Positions 1 to 13,209 of a stretch of 64,000 bases of DNA are shown piece after piece. The notes beneath the pieces are model-generated. The model was not told where the DNA came from and did not search any database. It saw only the letters and a program-made list of their open reading frames with translations. The translations under genes were made by a program, and so were the position numbers. Numbering within the stretch: the first letter of the stretch is position 1; every line of letters begins with the position of its first letter. The DNA is from Octopus sinensis (Eukaryota), in NCBI RefSeq assembly GCF_006345805.1, contig NC_043015.1, positions 42,718,001 through 42,782,000 on the forward strand, given 5' to 3'.

Positions 1-44
1 TGATTAATTAAAAATGATGTGAAGATAAAGAAGCATTATTTATA

Positions 45-440
45 GGCGCAGGAGTGGCTGTGTGGTAAGTAGCTTGCTAACCAACCACATGGTTCCGGGT
101 TCAGTCCCACTGCGTGACATCTTGGGCAAGTGTCTTCTGCTATAGCCCCGGGCTGACCAATGCCTTGTGAGTGGATTTGGTAGATGGAAACTGAAAGAAG
201 CCCGTCGTATATATGTATATATATGTATGTGTTTGTGTGTCTGCGTTTGTCCCCCTAGCATTGCTTGACAACCGATGCTGGTGTGTGTACGTCCCCGTCA
301 CTTAGCAGTTCGGCAAAAGAGACCGATAGAATAAGTACTGGGCTTACAAAGAATAAGTCTCGGGGTCGATTTGCTCGACTAAAGGCGGTGCTTCAGCATG
401 GCCGCAGTCAAATGACTGAAACAAGTAAAAGAGTAAGAGA
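45..440 (+). mobile_element. tRNA-derived SINE (octopus OK-like family), representative copy
   Basis: Head with A-box-like TGGCTGTGTGG and B-box-like GGTTCAGTCCC, internal (TA)n/(TG)n, tail gactgaaacaagtaaaagag; near-identical copies at about 9149, 21470, 22835, 34506, 39337, 52810 (+) and 57170-57555 (-). The family name is from recall. Confidence 0.85.
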
Positions 441-444
441 ATTA

Positions 445-690
445 CATCCGTGCCAGTGGCACGTAAAAAGCACCAACTGATCGTGGCCGATGCCAGCCTC
501 CCCTGGCACATAAAAAGCACCCACTACTCTCATGGAGTGGTTGGCGTTAGGAAGGGCATCCAGATGTAGAAACACTGCCAGATCAGGCCGCAGCCTGGTG
601 CAGCCTTCTGGCTTCCCAGATCCAGGTTAAACCATCCAACCCATGCTACCATGGAAAGCGGATGTTAAACGATGATGATGATGATGATGA
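445..690 (+). mobile_element. SINE with RTE-like 3' tail and (GAT)n end, representative copy
   Basis: gtggttggcgttaggaagggcatccag...ccatgctagcatggaaagcggacgttaaacgatgatg motif; recurs at about 3385-3870, 4625-4830, 46320-46820 (+) and 5745-6110, 39935-40280, 51340-51900, 55705-55960, 57610-57980 (-). Confidence 0.8.
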
Positions 691-1657
691 TTTGACAGAG
701 TAATCTGAATGCTTAACGGTTAATAGAAGGTTACTTAGAGACGCAAAGAATCTCAAAATTCTTGGCAGAGTCTGTGAGTCTTTACTGCTGGTTCCAAGAA
801 CGCAAGTTGAATTGTAAGCTTAACTTGTAGACATAACCACAAATAACTAAGTCCCTGTTTCCTGGATGCGTACTTTGTACTTTATGACACGTGGGTAAAG
901 ATGCAAGAATGGCTGCGTGGAGAGGAACTTTGCTTCATAACCATGTAGAACTTTGGACAAGTGTCTTCCACCTTTATCTCTAAGTTCACCAATGTCTGGT
1001 GAGTGAATATGGTAGACGGAAACTATGAGGAAGCCTGGTGTGTGTGTGGATATCTTTGTGTTTGACAACCAGTACTGGTTTATTTACATCCCCATAATTT
1101 AGAGGTTTGGGAAATACAGATTGATAGAATAACAGCCATTAAAAAATAAAAAAAAAGTATTGAGGTGTGGCTGTGTGGTAAGAAGAAAGCTTCCCAACCA
1201 CATCGTTCTGGGTTCAGTCCCACTGATATGATACCTTGGGCAAGCATCTTTTACTATAGCTTGAACTGACCAAAGCCTTGGTGGACCAAAGATTTGGTGG
1301 ACAGAAACTGAAAAAAGCCTGTCGTGTGTGTATGTGTCTTTGCATCTGTTTATCCTACCCCACTTGACAACCGGTGTTGGTGTGTTTACATCCTTGTAAC
1401 TTAGTGGTTCCACTGATAGTACTAGACTTAAATAAACACATAAGTACTGGGGTCAGTTTGTTTTGACTGAAAACGCTTCAAGGCGGTACCCCAGCATGGC
1501 CGCAGTCCAATGACTGAAGCAAGTTATAGGTTAAAGATAAAATTTGTTAGATTAAATCCTTTGAGGTAGTGCTCCAGCATGGCCACATTCCAATGACTGA
1601 TACAAGTAAATATGTGAAAAAGAAAAAAAAATGAGAAATAAAATCAAGATGACATAC

Positions 1658-1745
1658 CTTGCAGCTGCGATGACACCAGCTGGCATTATTTTCCTTGTCA
1701 TCGCAAAACGGTACCCCATCAAAGCTGTCATGAAAGTGCTGACAC
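1658..1745 (-). CDS. TMEM14C: TMEM14-family, third coding exon (CVSTFMTALMGYRFAMTRKIMPAGVIAAA)
   Basis: ctctgcag acceptor, gtatgt donor, 88 bp; MG.RF..T.K.MPAG signature of TMEM14; ends in phase 2, so a further exon is required. Confidence 0.92.
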
Positions 1746-2669
1746 CTGCAGAGAAGGTAAGATAAATAAATGTAGGCACAGGAGTGGCTGTGTGGTAAGT
1801 AGCTTGCTTACCAACCACCTGGTTCCGAGTTCAGTCCCACTGCTTGCCATCTTGGGCAAGTGTCTTCTATTATAGCCTCAGGCCGACCAAAGCCTTGTGA
1901 ACTGTCCAACCCATGCCAGAACATAACGACAAATGAAATACCTATTTCTTTACTACCCACAAGGGGCTACACACAGAGGGGACAAACAAGGATAGACAAA
2001 CGGATTAAGTCGATTATATCGACCCCAGTGCGTAACTGGTACTTATTTAATCGACCTCGAAAGGATGAAAGGCAAAGTCGACCTCGGCGGAATTTGAACA
2101 CAGAATGTAGCAACAGATAAAATACCTATTTCTTTACTTCCTACAAGGGGCTAAACACAGAGAGGACAAACAAACAAACGGATTAAGTCGATTACATGAA
2201 CCCCAGTGCGTAACTGGTACATATTTAATCGACCACGAAAGGATGAAAGGCAAAGTCGACCTTGGCCGAATTTGAACTCAGAACGTAACGGCAGACGAAA
2301 TATGGCTACGCATTTTGCCCTGCGTACTAACAATTCTGCCAGCTTGTCACCTTAATTTTACAACATTTCTATTTCTTTATTGCCCACAGGGGGCTAAACA
2401 TAGAGGGGACAAACAAGAACAGACAAAGGGATTAAGTTGATTAGATCGACTCCAGTGCGTAACTGGTACTTATTTGACCCCTGCTAAGTTACAGGGATGT
2501 AAACACACCAACATCAGTTGTCAAACAATTATGGGAGGACAAACACAGACACACAAACATATATATATATATATATATAATACACATAAACATATATATA
2601 TATATATACACATACACACAAACATATATACATATATATACACACAAACATATATATATATACACACAC

Positions 2670-2704
<35 letters not shown>

Positions 2705-2706
<2 letters not shown>

Positions 2707-3385
2707 GGGGCGGGTGCGCTGAAAGTGTAACTGCTAGAATAAGAATAGCCTGGGCAAAGTTTAGGGAGCTCTTACCTCTGCTGGTGACTAAAGGCCTCTC
2801 GCTCAGAGTAAAAGGCAGACTGTATGATGCATGTGTACGAACAGCTATGCTACATGGCAGTGAAACATGGGCCGTGACTGCTGAGGACATGCGTAAGCTT
2901 GTGAGGAACGAAGCCAGTATGCTCCGATGGATGTGTAATGTCAGTGTACTTACTCGACAGAGCGTTAGTACCTTGAGAGAAATGTTGTACCTAAGAAGCA
3001 TCAGTTGTTGTGTGCAAGAGAGACGATTGCGCTGGTATGGTCATGTGGCGAGAATGGATGAAGATAGGTGTGTGAGAAAGTGCCAATCCCTAGCAGTTGA
3101 GGGAACCCGTGGAAGAGGTAGACCCAGGAAAACCTGGGACGAAGTGGTGAAGCACGACCTTCGGACGTTAGGTCTCACCATGGAAATGACTAGAGACCGA
3201 GACCTATGGAAGTATGCTGTGCGTGAGAAGACCCGGCAAGACTAGTGAAGCCATAATCCGTGGCCCCTACCTGGGACGTAGTCAGTCCACCTGTGCATAC
3301 CTTCCTTCTTGTGACACTTGTGAAGACCTATTGAGGCATGTGAGAATCGAATCGAATCAAATCAAATCAAATCGAACCAAATCAA
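2705..3385 (+). mobile_element. 5'-truncated RTE-clade LINE (RT C-terminus, 3' UTR, (AATCA)n tail), in a TMEM14 intron
   Basis: ORF 2784-3245 KGRLYDACVRTAMLHGSETW...RRLRWYGHVARM...GRGRPRKTW, typical of RTE elements. Confidence 0.9.
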
Positions 3386-4229
3386 AATAGATGAACATCA
3401 ATGGAATTTGTATCCTTGTGGTACCAGTGCCGGTGGCACATAAGAAAACCATCCGAACGTGATCGTAGCCAGTACCGCAACGACTGGCCTCCGTGCTGAG
3501 GGCACGTAACAAACACCATCCGAGCGTGGCCGTCCGCCAGCCCCGTCTGGCACCTGTGTCGGTGACACATAAGAAAACACCATCCGAGCGTGGCCGTCAG
3601 CCAGCCTCGTCTGGCACCTGTGTCGGTGGCACATAAAAAACACCATCCAAGCGTGGCCGTCTGCCAGCCTCGTCTGGCACCTGTGTCGGTGGCACATAAA
3701 ATCACCCACTACACTCTCGGAGTGGTTGGCGTTAGGAAGGGCATCCAGCTGTAGAAACACTGCCAGATCTGACTGGCCTGGTGCAGCCTTCGGGCTTGCC
3801 AGACCCCAGTTGAACCGTCCAACCCATGCTAGCATGGAAAGCGGACGTTAAACGATGATGATGATGATGATATATATACACACACACACATACCACATTG
3901 GTTGGCTTGAAGCAATAGTAGAAAATACTTGCTGAAGGTGCCATGCAATGGGACTGAACCCAGAGCCATGTGGTTGGGAAGCAAACTTCTGATTACACAG
4001 CCATGCTCGTGCCCACCCAGAAGGTGAGTAGCAATATGTTATCACTCATGTATCGTAATAATACAAGAATGTTGAACCAACCATTATGCAAGGACACAAG
4101 ATCAAAACAATTAGAGAGCTATATATATATATATTAGAGGGTTTGGAGATGATGTACAGGTATTTTATATTAGAAGAAATGAGGTACTCAGAAATCCTGG
4201 TTTTATATTTACAGATATTTATTTGTATA

Positions 4230-4346
4230 TTATCATATATCATATATTAGCGTTTTCGTCCATTCTAGTGGAGTTGTTAAATTGAACTGTTCAATTTGAA
4301 AACTCTACTAGAATGGACGAAAACGCTAATATATGATACATGATAT
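4230..4346. repeat. Near-perfect palindrome of about 115 bp
   Basis: catatattagcgttttcgtccattctagtggagtt is the reverse complement of aactctactagaatggacgaaaacgctaatatatg (one G/A difference), with a paired centre aaattgaac/gttcaattt. Confidence 0.9.
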
Positions 4347-5000
4347 ATGATGTATAAAAACATTGTAATATACAAATATTCTTGCTATTCCACCTTCCTT
4401 CCCTCTGAATCAATCTGGTAGTTTCTTGCACACAGTCCGCTAGGTCTAGTCTTCACATGCATAGGTAGACAAACTCTATTCACTGAAGGTTTGAGGCGCT
4501 ATAGCTAACCTCACCATGGTTTAGCCGGAGTGTGGCCACTGTTGCATGCTAACAGCTTCAAGGAGCCACAAGTGAGAGCTGAGTGTCAGGTGAGGACCAA
4601 AGTAGACAAACTACTCCTAAGAGCACTACATGGCACCTGTGTGGGTGGCACGTAAAAAGCACCCACTACACTCACGGAGTGGTTGGCGATAGGAAGGGCA
4701 TCCAACCGTAGAAACATTGCCAGATCAGACTGGAGCCTGGTGCAGCCTTCTGGCTTCTCAGATCCCCGGTCGAACCGTCCAACCCATGCTAGCATGGAGA
4801 ACGGACGTTAAACGATGATGATGATGATAAAACCATCAGGATTTCTGAGTACCTCATTTCTTCTAATAGCACAATCATTAAACCTATGTCAGTACAGAAA
4901 ACAAACGAATCCTTAGAAGATGACTGTGGTGATGGTGATGATGATGGTAGTTGTGATGATAATGGTGATAAGAAAGACAAAAAAATTTTGGTCTGTTTAC

Positions 5001-5102
5001 ATAAGCTAAGTCCAGCATTTTTATGGTCCATAGACATCTGGTATGCACCAACTCCAGCCAGGGTACCTGTGCTAATTCCAGCAGCCATTGATATTGCGCT
5101 TC
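5001..5102 (-). CDS. TMEM14C: TMEM14-family, second coding exon (GSAISMAAGISTGTLAGVGAYQMSMDHKNAGLSL)
   Basis: ttttgcag acceptor, gtaaac donor, 102 bp, phase 1/1; resembles the GS..S..AG...G.LAG.GAYQ.S.D..N segment of TMEM14 proteins. Confidence 0.92.
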
Positions 5103-5274
5103 CTGCAAAACCAAACAAAAAATGCAAACATGGAGAATGGATTAAAATAATGGATTAAAATAATGGATTAAAATAATGGATTAAAATAATGGATTAAAAT
5201 AAGGATGATTCAGTTAAAACAAACACAAAAAGAAAAAATCCAAATGGAATTCAAAGAATCTACTAATGTAATTG

Positions 5275-5580
5275 TGGAGGCACATGGCCTAGTGGTTATA
5301 GCAGCGGACTCGTGGCCGAGGGATTACAGGTTCGAATCTCAGACCGGGCGATGTGTGTGTTTATGAACGAAACACCTAAGCTCCACATGGCTCCGGTAGA
5401 AGGTAATGGCAAACTTCTGCTGACTCTTTCACCACAACTTTCTCTCACTCTTTCCTCCTGCATCTTGCAGCTCACCTGCAATGGACTGGCGTCCTGTCCA
5501 GGTGGGGAACCTAAACGCCAAGAAAACTGGGAAACTGGCTCTTATGAGCCAGGCATGGCTCGAGAAGGAACAAGCAACAA
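5275..5580 (+). mobile_element. tRNA-derived SINE with V-domain-like segment
   Basis: tRNA-like head ggcctagtggtta...ggttcgaatctc, then cctgcaatggactggcgtcctgtccagg resembling the V-SINE central domain; related copies at about 14980-15330, 17760-17950, 58140-58320. Confidence 0.65.
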
Positions 5581-7632
5581 ACTAATGTAATTGGCTGTGC
5601 ATCTCTACTCTATGTCCATCCTCCAGACATGCACCTCTAAGGAATTTAACTGCCACCAGATTTTCTAAAGAAATTAAAACCAGAACTGAGTTTGTTATGA
5701 CATTTTATATCCAAGGCACCACCTGTAAACAGCAATGAGATCATCATCATCATCATCATTATCGTTTAATGTCTGCTTTCCATGCTAGCATGGGTTGGAC
5801 GATTTGACTGAGGGCTGGCGAACCAGATGGCTGCACCAGGCTCCAATCTTGATCTGGCAGAGTTTCTACAGCTGGATGCCCTTCCTAACGCCAACCACTC
5901 CAAGAGTGTAGTGGGTGCTTTTTTACATGCCACCGGCATGGGGGCCAGTCAAGGCGGCACTGGCAATGACCTTGCTCGAATCTTTTTACAGGTGCCAGTA
6001 AGGCGACGTTGGTAACGATCACGCTCGAATGGTGCACTTTTACGTGCCACTGGCACGGAAGCCAGTTGGCTGCTCTGGCAACAATCACGCTCAGATGGTG
6101 CTCTAATAACGAGTAAAGAATTCTTTTAGTGAGGACCTGAACTTGTTCAATGGACAGATGACCACCATGGAAATGTTAACTTGTGATTTAGAAGTTATTC
6201 ACTTCACAACAAATGTGATGTGAACCGGGGTAAATACAACACTCCTCTTGCGCATGACTGGGGTTCCTTTGATTAGATCAAAGATGGAAAATGGATAATG
6301 GCCGTATATGCCACATTTCAGGAGATTTTGCCCCTTTATCACCACCAATCTAACCCCTTAATTATCCATGAACACATTGCTTAAATAGCCACTATATACA
6401 GCAGTGTAATATTATTTGATATACAACAATCCTTCAAATGTCATGGGTGTTATGGTCCAAAGCCCCGCCCCTTGCAATCGGTGAAAATCCACGAAGTACA
6501 AACAGTACTCTTTCTCTTTACTCTTTTACTTGTTTCAGTCATGTGACTGTGGCCATGCTGGAGCACCGCCTTTAGTCGAGCAAATCGACCCCAGGACTTA
6601 TTCTATCGGTCTCTTTTGCTGAACTGCTAAGTTACGGGGGATGTAAACACACTAGCATCGGTTATGAAGCGATGTTGGGGGGACAAACACAGACATATAT
6701 ATATATATACATAGACATATTTACGATGGGCTTCTTTCAGTTTCTGTCGGCCTGAGGCTATAGTAGAACACACTTTCCCAAGATGCCACGCAGTAGGACT
6801 GCGGTCGGAGGATCGCGGTTTCGATTCCCAGACCGGGCTTTGTGTGTTTATTGAGCGAAAACACCTAAAGCTCCATGAGGCTCTGGTGGGGGATGGTGGC
6901 GACCCCTGTTGTACTCCTTCACCCCAACTTTCTCTCACTCTTTCTTCCTGTTTCTTGAGTAACGCTATGGACTAGCATCCTGTACAGCTAGGAGGAACAC
7001 ATATGCCATAGAAACCAGGAAACTGGGCCCATGTGCCTGGCTAGGCTTGGAAAGGGCGCATAAATAAAATAAAAATTAAGAAGGGCATCCAGCCATAGAA
7101 ACCATGCAACAACACACAATTGGAGTCTGAACAGCACCCTGCCGGATGGCCAGCTCCTATTAAACCGTCCAACCAATGCCAACGTGAAAAACAGACGTTA
7201 AACGATGATAATGATGAGAACTAGTCTACGTTATTGGAGGCAAATGATGTCGAAGCTATTGAGAGAGAGAAAGGTGTAATAATATTTATATATCTACAAG
7301 GTATTTTAACATCCATTGCACCAAGGAAATGAATGAATTATCTCCCTTAAACCACTTTACCTCAATTACACATACAGCACAGAACCACTAGCGTGTTAAA
7401 ACACGTAACAATAGATTAGAACAATCTGGATGATATATCGTTAAGTTTTTCAGGTGGGCGTGCTTTTGACCTTGCACAGGGATCTGAAAACGAGACAGGA
7501 AGTTGAAAAATCAAGGCATATTTATTAAAAAACTTCATTACTGATAGCTCGGTATTAAGTAGGCCTTAGAAGAGAAGACAACACCGCAACTCATTAAAAA
7601 GGCATTATATATATATATATATATATATGGTA

Positions 7633-7904
7633 CTACTTGAGAACAGTGGCCCCGGTGCGCGCACTCGCGGTAGCTAGTCGTGACTAGTCGATCCTTACTT
7701 TGTGTTTTTGTGTTATTTATTTTGTTTAAAAAATTATTTAATTTGTGTTTTTGTGTTTTATTTACTTTGTTTAACAAAAATTATTTATTTTGTGTTTTAT
7801 TTACATTTGCTAGGTAGTGGTTGTAGGATCGACTAGTCACGACTAGTTAGCGCGGACTAGCTAGCTACGCGAGTGCGCACACCGGGACCACTGTTCTCAA
7901 ATAG
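7633..7904. mobile_element. MITE with about 65-80 bp TIRs and TA flanks
   Basis: CTACTTGAGAACAGTGGCCCCGGTGCGCGCACTCGCG...GATCCTTAC versus its reverse complement at 7823-7904; AT-rich core. Confidence 0.85.
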
Positions 7905-8907
7905 TACTTTATTACTATGTATATAGTAATAAAACATGATTAATAAACGAAACAGTTCACTCGAAACTCCGTTAGTGGAGTCAGAAGAGGAAGCCGGCAA
8001 TATTGCCGTAGATAATAGAGCCAGAGATATTTTGTTTGGAACCATGTGCTTTCTCGCTATTCCTCGGCTTTCGTAATAAATTTGACTGAGAGTTGAGGAA
8101 TATAATATAGAATGGTTTAGAAATATTCATTTGCTTTTGCCGATGAAGTGACGAGTAGTTTCTAGACCAGTACAATTTATGGATATGACTTGTAACAGGA
8201 AAAAATAAAAAAACAAGCACCACATCGGCATTCCAGAGAAAGGCAAAGTCCCCTTACACCAAGGACATAATGTCACACATACTATATGGCCTTTTGCAAT
8301 TACGAGATAAATCTATTTTCATTCTACATACGGAAAAATCATTATAAACATAACTGATTTTGTTGCATTAGGAAAAAATGTATTTCCGATAATTTTTTGC
8401 CGCTAACAGGTACCTTGTCAGTATATTCGTTCTGTGACACACTTTTAATCTTGTACAATTATATATATAATTGCCTTTACAATTATACTTATTCTTCTAG
8501 ACGAAACAGATACTTGTGTTTCTGTAAAGAATCAACATATATTTTTTTCCTAATTTCTAGCGATTCTAGTAGAATAAAGGAAAAATTCGTTAAAGCTGCT
8601 GCGTTGATTCTTAATTGTAAACATTTTAATTGCATTTTTAGGTCACTGATAAAGAACCTAATTAAAAACAAGAAAATCACGTGCATTAAATTAAATCTAT
8701 ATACAACAAGTGTCGGCTACACACGAGCCAAAATGTTCCTTTAACAACCTTAAAACATCTCAACAGATAAAAGGGGTTGAGATAAAACAAGGCATAATTA
8801 TAATTTGATGTCAAGTTTTGGGGCACCTTGCCCCTTGAAGTGTTATTTTCTAAAAGCTGGGAAATTGGTGGAGAATAAGTAATATGTAAAGCCCCACAAA
8901 AACTTAC

Positions 8908-8983
8908 CAGTCTTAACATAACCCATGATGCCCCCTAAAATCAAGGTGGCTGAATAAGCGGTTCCTATATAATCGATCGGCAT
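8908..8983 (-). CDS. TMEM14C: TMEM14-family membrane protein, first coding exon (MPIDYIGTAYSATLILGGIMGYVKT-G)
   Basis: ATG at 8983-8981; GY..L...GGI.GY.K motif typical of TMEM14; donor gtaagt after 8908; phase 1 joins the next exon. Paralog assignment within TMEM14 is uncertain. Confidence 0.9.
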
Positions 8984-9101
8984 TTTTCTATTATTGTGTT
9001 ATATTTCTTCGAGGAAACAATGTAAATAAAAAGAAACGGATATACTTCAAGGGAGGTAACTCTCTAGTCTTGCTTCTTTTTCTCTTTATTTCTAAAGAAC
9101 G

Positions 9102-9141
<40 letters not shown>

Positions 9142-9543
9142 ATGTATAGGCGCAGGAGTGGCTGTGTGGTAAGTAGCTTGCTTACCAACCACATGGTTCC
9201 GGGTTCAGTCCCACTGCGTGGCATCTTGGGCAAGTGTCTTCTACTATAGCCCCGGGCCAACCAAGGCCTTGTGAGAGGATTTGGTAGACGGAAACTGAAA
9301 GAAGCCTGTCGTATATATGTATATATATATATGTATGTGTGTGTCTGTGTTTGTCCCCCTAGCATTGCTTGACAACCGATGCTGGTGTGTTTACGTCCCC
9401 GTCACTTAGCGGTTCGGCAAAAGAGACCGATAGAATAAGTACTGGGCTTACAAAGAATAAGTCCTGGGGTCGATTTGCTCGACTAAAGGCGGTGCTCCAG
9501 CATGGCCGCAGTCAAATGACTGAAACATGTAAAAGAAAAGAAA

Positions 9544-9579
<36 letters not shown>

Positions 9580-10904
9580 GGGTTTGTATGATTGTGTATA
9601 GAGGGATATATATTATTCAAAGGAATTCCAACTCTGTCAGTTTTTTATGTTTTATTTATATTCTTTATAATATTAATGTTGAATATAGAATATATAGTAT
9701 AAATAATATATATATATAGTAAAATGAAATGAGGTATTGATTGTCTTATTGAATACCTGAAATGTTGAATATAAAATATTAGGGGAATCGAATGCCCGGT
9801 CTTTACGACCGCGAGTCCGCTGCCCTAACCACTGGGCCAAATCGCCCCCACCGTTGCTGCTGTTGTGTACACAGACATCTTGGAGAGCATTCAGAGATAA
9901 CCTCCAATATCTAGCGAAGAGGGGTGCTGTTTCCTATCTCTGCCTTTCCTCCTCGTTACTACAAAGGCCTCTGTTTCTCGGAGCTGCTAATCTTGTGCTT
10001 CCTCCATTCAAGCACAGTCATTATTATGAATTCAACTTTCTCTAAAATAGTTATTAATAATGGTTACAAATTTTGGCACAAAACCAGAAAATTTGGCGGG
10101 AAGGGCGCCAGTCGATTACATCGATGCCAGCGTTCAACTGATACTTATTTTATCGACCCAATAAGGTAAAGTCGACCTTGGTGGAATTGAAACTCAGAAT
10201 GTAAAGACGGACGAAATGCTGCTAATATTTTGTCCGGTGTGCTAAAGATTCTGCCAGCTTGCCGCCTTAAAATTTTTGCTAATAATCCTTTCTACAGGAA
10301 GCACAAAGCCTAAAATTTTTTGGGGAGGGGATAATTTGATTACATCGACCCCAGTACGTAACTGGTACTTATTTAATCGACCCCGAAAGGATGAAAGGCA
10401 AAGTCGACCTCGGCGGAATTTGAACCCAGAACGTAACGGCAGACGAAATACCTATTTCTTTACTACTAGATAATAATGATTATTATCTATTTCTTTATTG
10501 CCCACAAGGGGCTAAACACATAGGGGACTAACAAGGACAGACATAGGTATTAAGTCGATTACATCGATCCCAGTGCGTAACTGGTACTTATTTAATCGAC
10601 CCCGAAAGGATGAAAGGCAAAGTCGACCTCGGCGGAATTTGAACTCAGAACGTAACGGCAGAGGAAATACCTATTTCTTTATTACCCACAAGGGGCTAAA
10701 CATAGAGGGGACAAACAAGGACAGACAAACGGACTAAGTCGATTAGATCGACCCCAGTGTGTAACTGATACTTATTTAATCGACCCCGAAAGAATGAAAG
10801 GCAAAGTCGACCTAGGCGGAATTTGAACTTAGAACGTAACGGCATACGAAACACGGCTACGCATTTCGCCCGGTATGCTAACGATTCTGCCAGCTCGCCT
10901 CCAT

Positions 10905-11310
10905 TCCGGCGATTACTACCGCCAAGGAAAACCTTGCTCGTGTTCACTACATGATGATAGATGACAGACGATTGACCATAAATCAAATAACCAATGATAT
11001 TAGCATATCCTGAGAGAGTTGAGAATATTCTGCACAATGAGCTTGGTATAACGAAGGTTTCTGTTCGTTCAGGAAAACTGACGGAAGGGGTCTTGACTAT
11101 GGCTTTGAATTAGTTGATTAGCATCCCTATTCTCCTGAATTGGCCCCTTTCTGACTATCATCTGTTCCCCAGCATGAAAAAAAATTAACACACTTGACTG
11201 GGAACCAGTAAAGCAATGATGATGATGTCATATTTTGCTAGAGATGACTTTTTTGAGCAACAGAGTGAAAGATTCTTTCACTAATGGAATCGAACACAAC
11301 GCATCGCTTC
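10905..11310 (+). pseudogene. Decayed, internally deleted mariner transposase
   Basis: Reads DDRRLTINQIT..ISIS..RVENILHNELG.TKVS, then HPYSPELAP(S)DYHLFPSMKK (YSPDLAP motif) with frameshifts. Confidence 0.8.
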
Positions 11311-11610
11311 GTCCAGGAATTGAACTTACGACCTTGCGATCGTGAGTGCAACACCCTAATCACTTGTTCACGTGCCCTTACTTTTCATGCCCCCCCCCCA
11401 GGTTCGATAAAATAAAGTACCTGCCAGGTACTCGATTCATCTCCCATCGAAGCTGCAGAAAATCAGCAGCTTTTGTTATTTTCCAGAGAAGGGCAACGAA
11501 ATGGCAGAAAAGTTGGGTGAAATGTGTAGCACTGCTTCCTTTAAGTCTTAATGTTCCGAGTTCAAATTCCTCTGAGATCGATTCGGTCTTTCATTTCCCG
11601 GGGTCTTTAA

Positions 11611-11830
11611 CCCTTTAGTGTTCAGATTATTCTGTCAAATGTGATGTTTGTTTATTTAAAATGGTTTGAATTAATCATGCATTACCTTGTAGTTTAGAGA
11701 TTCCAGTGATGTGATTTTTTAGTTTTAGAATGACATGGTAGGGCTGAGGTGAGAGGCGAGATCTGGTCAGTTTCAATATAAAACAGGTTAAATATTTTGG
11801 CCAGATATGGCCGGTTTGAATGCTAAAGGG
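11611..11830. mobile_element. piggyBac-type MITE
   Basis: TTAA|CCCTTTAGTGTTCA ... TGAATGCTAAAGGG|TTAA. Confidence 0.8.
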
Positions 11831-12166
11831 TTAAAATAAAGTACGCATGCAAGGAATAATTACTGTCCTCCAGCGAAAGAGATTGAAAAAGAAAAAGCAA
11901 TTTCTTTCTTCTATTAATTTTTGTTTGACTGGTGTTAGTCATTGACTGGCGGCCATACTGGAGCAAAGCCTTCAATGGCTTCAGGCGATTGAGAAGACGG
12001 TTATATCGACTTCAGCATTTGTCTGGTACATATTTCGATATTCTGTAAAGAATTGCCAAAAGGCAAAATGAATATTGGCCTGAGAGGAGACAACTGAACA
12101 CCACAGGATATTTCTGCTCAAATGCACCGGTTATCACATCAAGTTATTATAAGTCTGCACACACAC

Positions 12167-12207
<41 letters not shown>

Positions 12208-12284
12208 ACACACAGACACACACACACACACACACACACACGTGTATGTGTGTAAATATATGTACACACACACATATACATACC

Positions 12285-12360
<76 letters not shown>

Positions 12361-12363
12361 CCT

Positions 12364-12409
<46 letters not shown>

Positions 12410-13209
12410 ATCATACCTGTCTACCTACCTACCTACCTACCTACCTACAACATACATACATACATATTATACATACATACATACATATACATACATACAT
12501 ACATACATACATACATACATACATACATACATACATACCTAAATACATACTAACCATTTTCATCCAACTTATGAGCGTTCAGTTCGTTGAAAAGAAACAA
12601 GTCTGAAAGTTTCGGTTCCTGTTTTAAATCTGATAATTTTCAAAACATTTTGTCTTTCCCGTGAGAATTCTATAATTCCGTTGATCTCATACCTTCTACA
12701 AATTTATGTTTTTGCTAAAATTTCATCCAATTTTATGCCAAATTTCTTTAGAATTCTTCAATTGGTTGCCCCAAAGCACACTAAATTATTTAACTCAAGC
12801 GGTTCCATACACGCTAGAAAAAAAAATCATTTTAAAAACAAACTATTTTTACACTTCGTTTTTAACTGTTGAACTTGAAGCGGATACAGCTATAAATAAA
12901 CATGTTCAGATTTTGTGTTAAAAAAACCATTTTGAATAGAAAATGTCTGACAGTTTAAATTATTTTTATGTTTGTAAAATAAGCAATTTTACTGCAGGAA
13001 TTTTGGAGTGAGACTTTTGGAATTTTTACCTGTTTTTCTTTTTTTTATTCAGTTTACGAAGTGTGAAATTTCTTCAAGATGCTTAAGGTCTTTGGAACTA
13101 AACATGTGAAGAGATTCTGTGTTTGTTAGAATGGATAATTGTTAAGTCTTCTTCTTTTTTTATTTTTTTTAAATGTTGGAATTTAGTATCTTTACTGATC
13201 GCTTACCGG

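Noticed and set aside
45-125. tRNA gene (and similar heads throughout)
   Set aside because: A/B boxes are present, but there is no cloverleaf and the sequence continues into a multi-copy SINE body.
787-866. Candidate TMEM14 last exon (R)DLVICGYVYKLSLQFNLRSWNQQ*
   Set aside because: Acceptor lacks a polypyrimidine tract and the peptide is not a convincing TMEM14 C-terminus.
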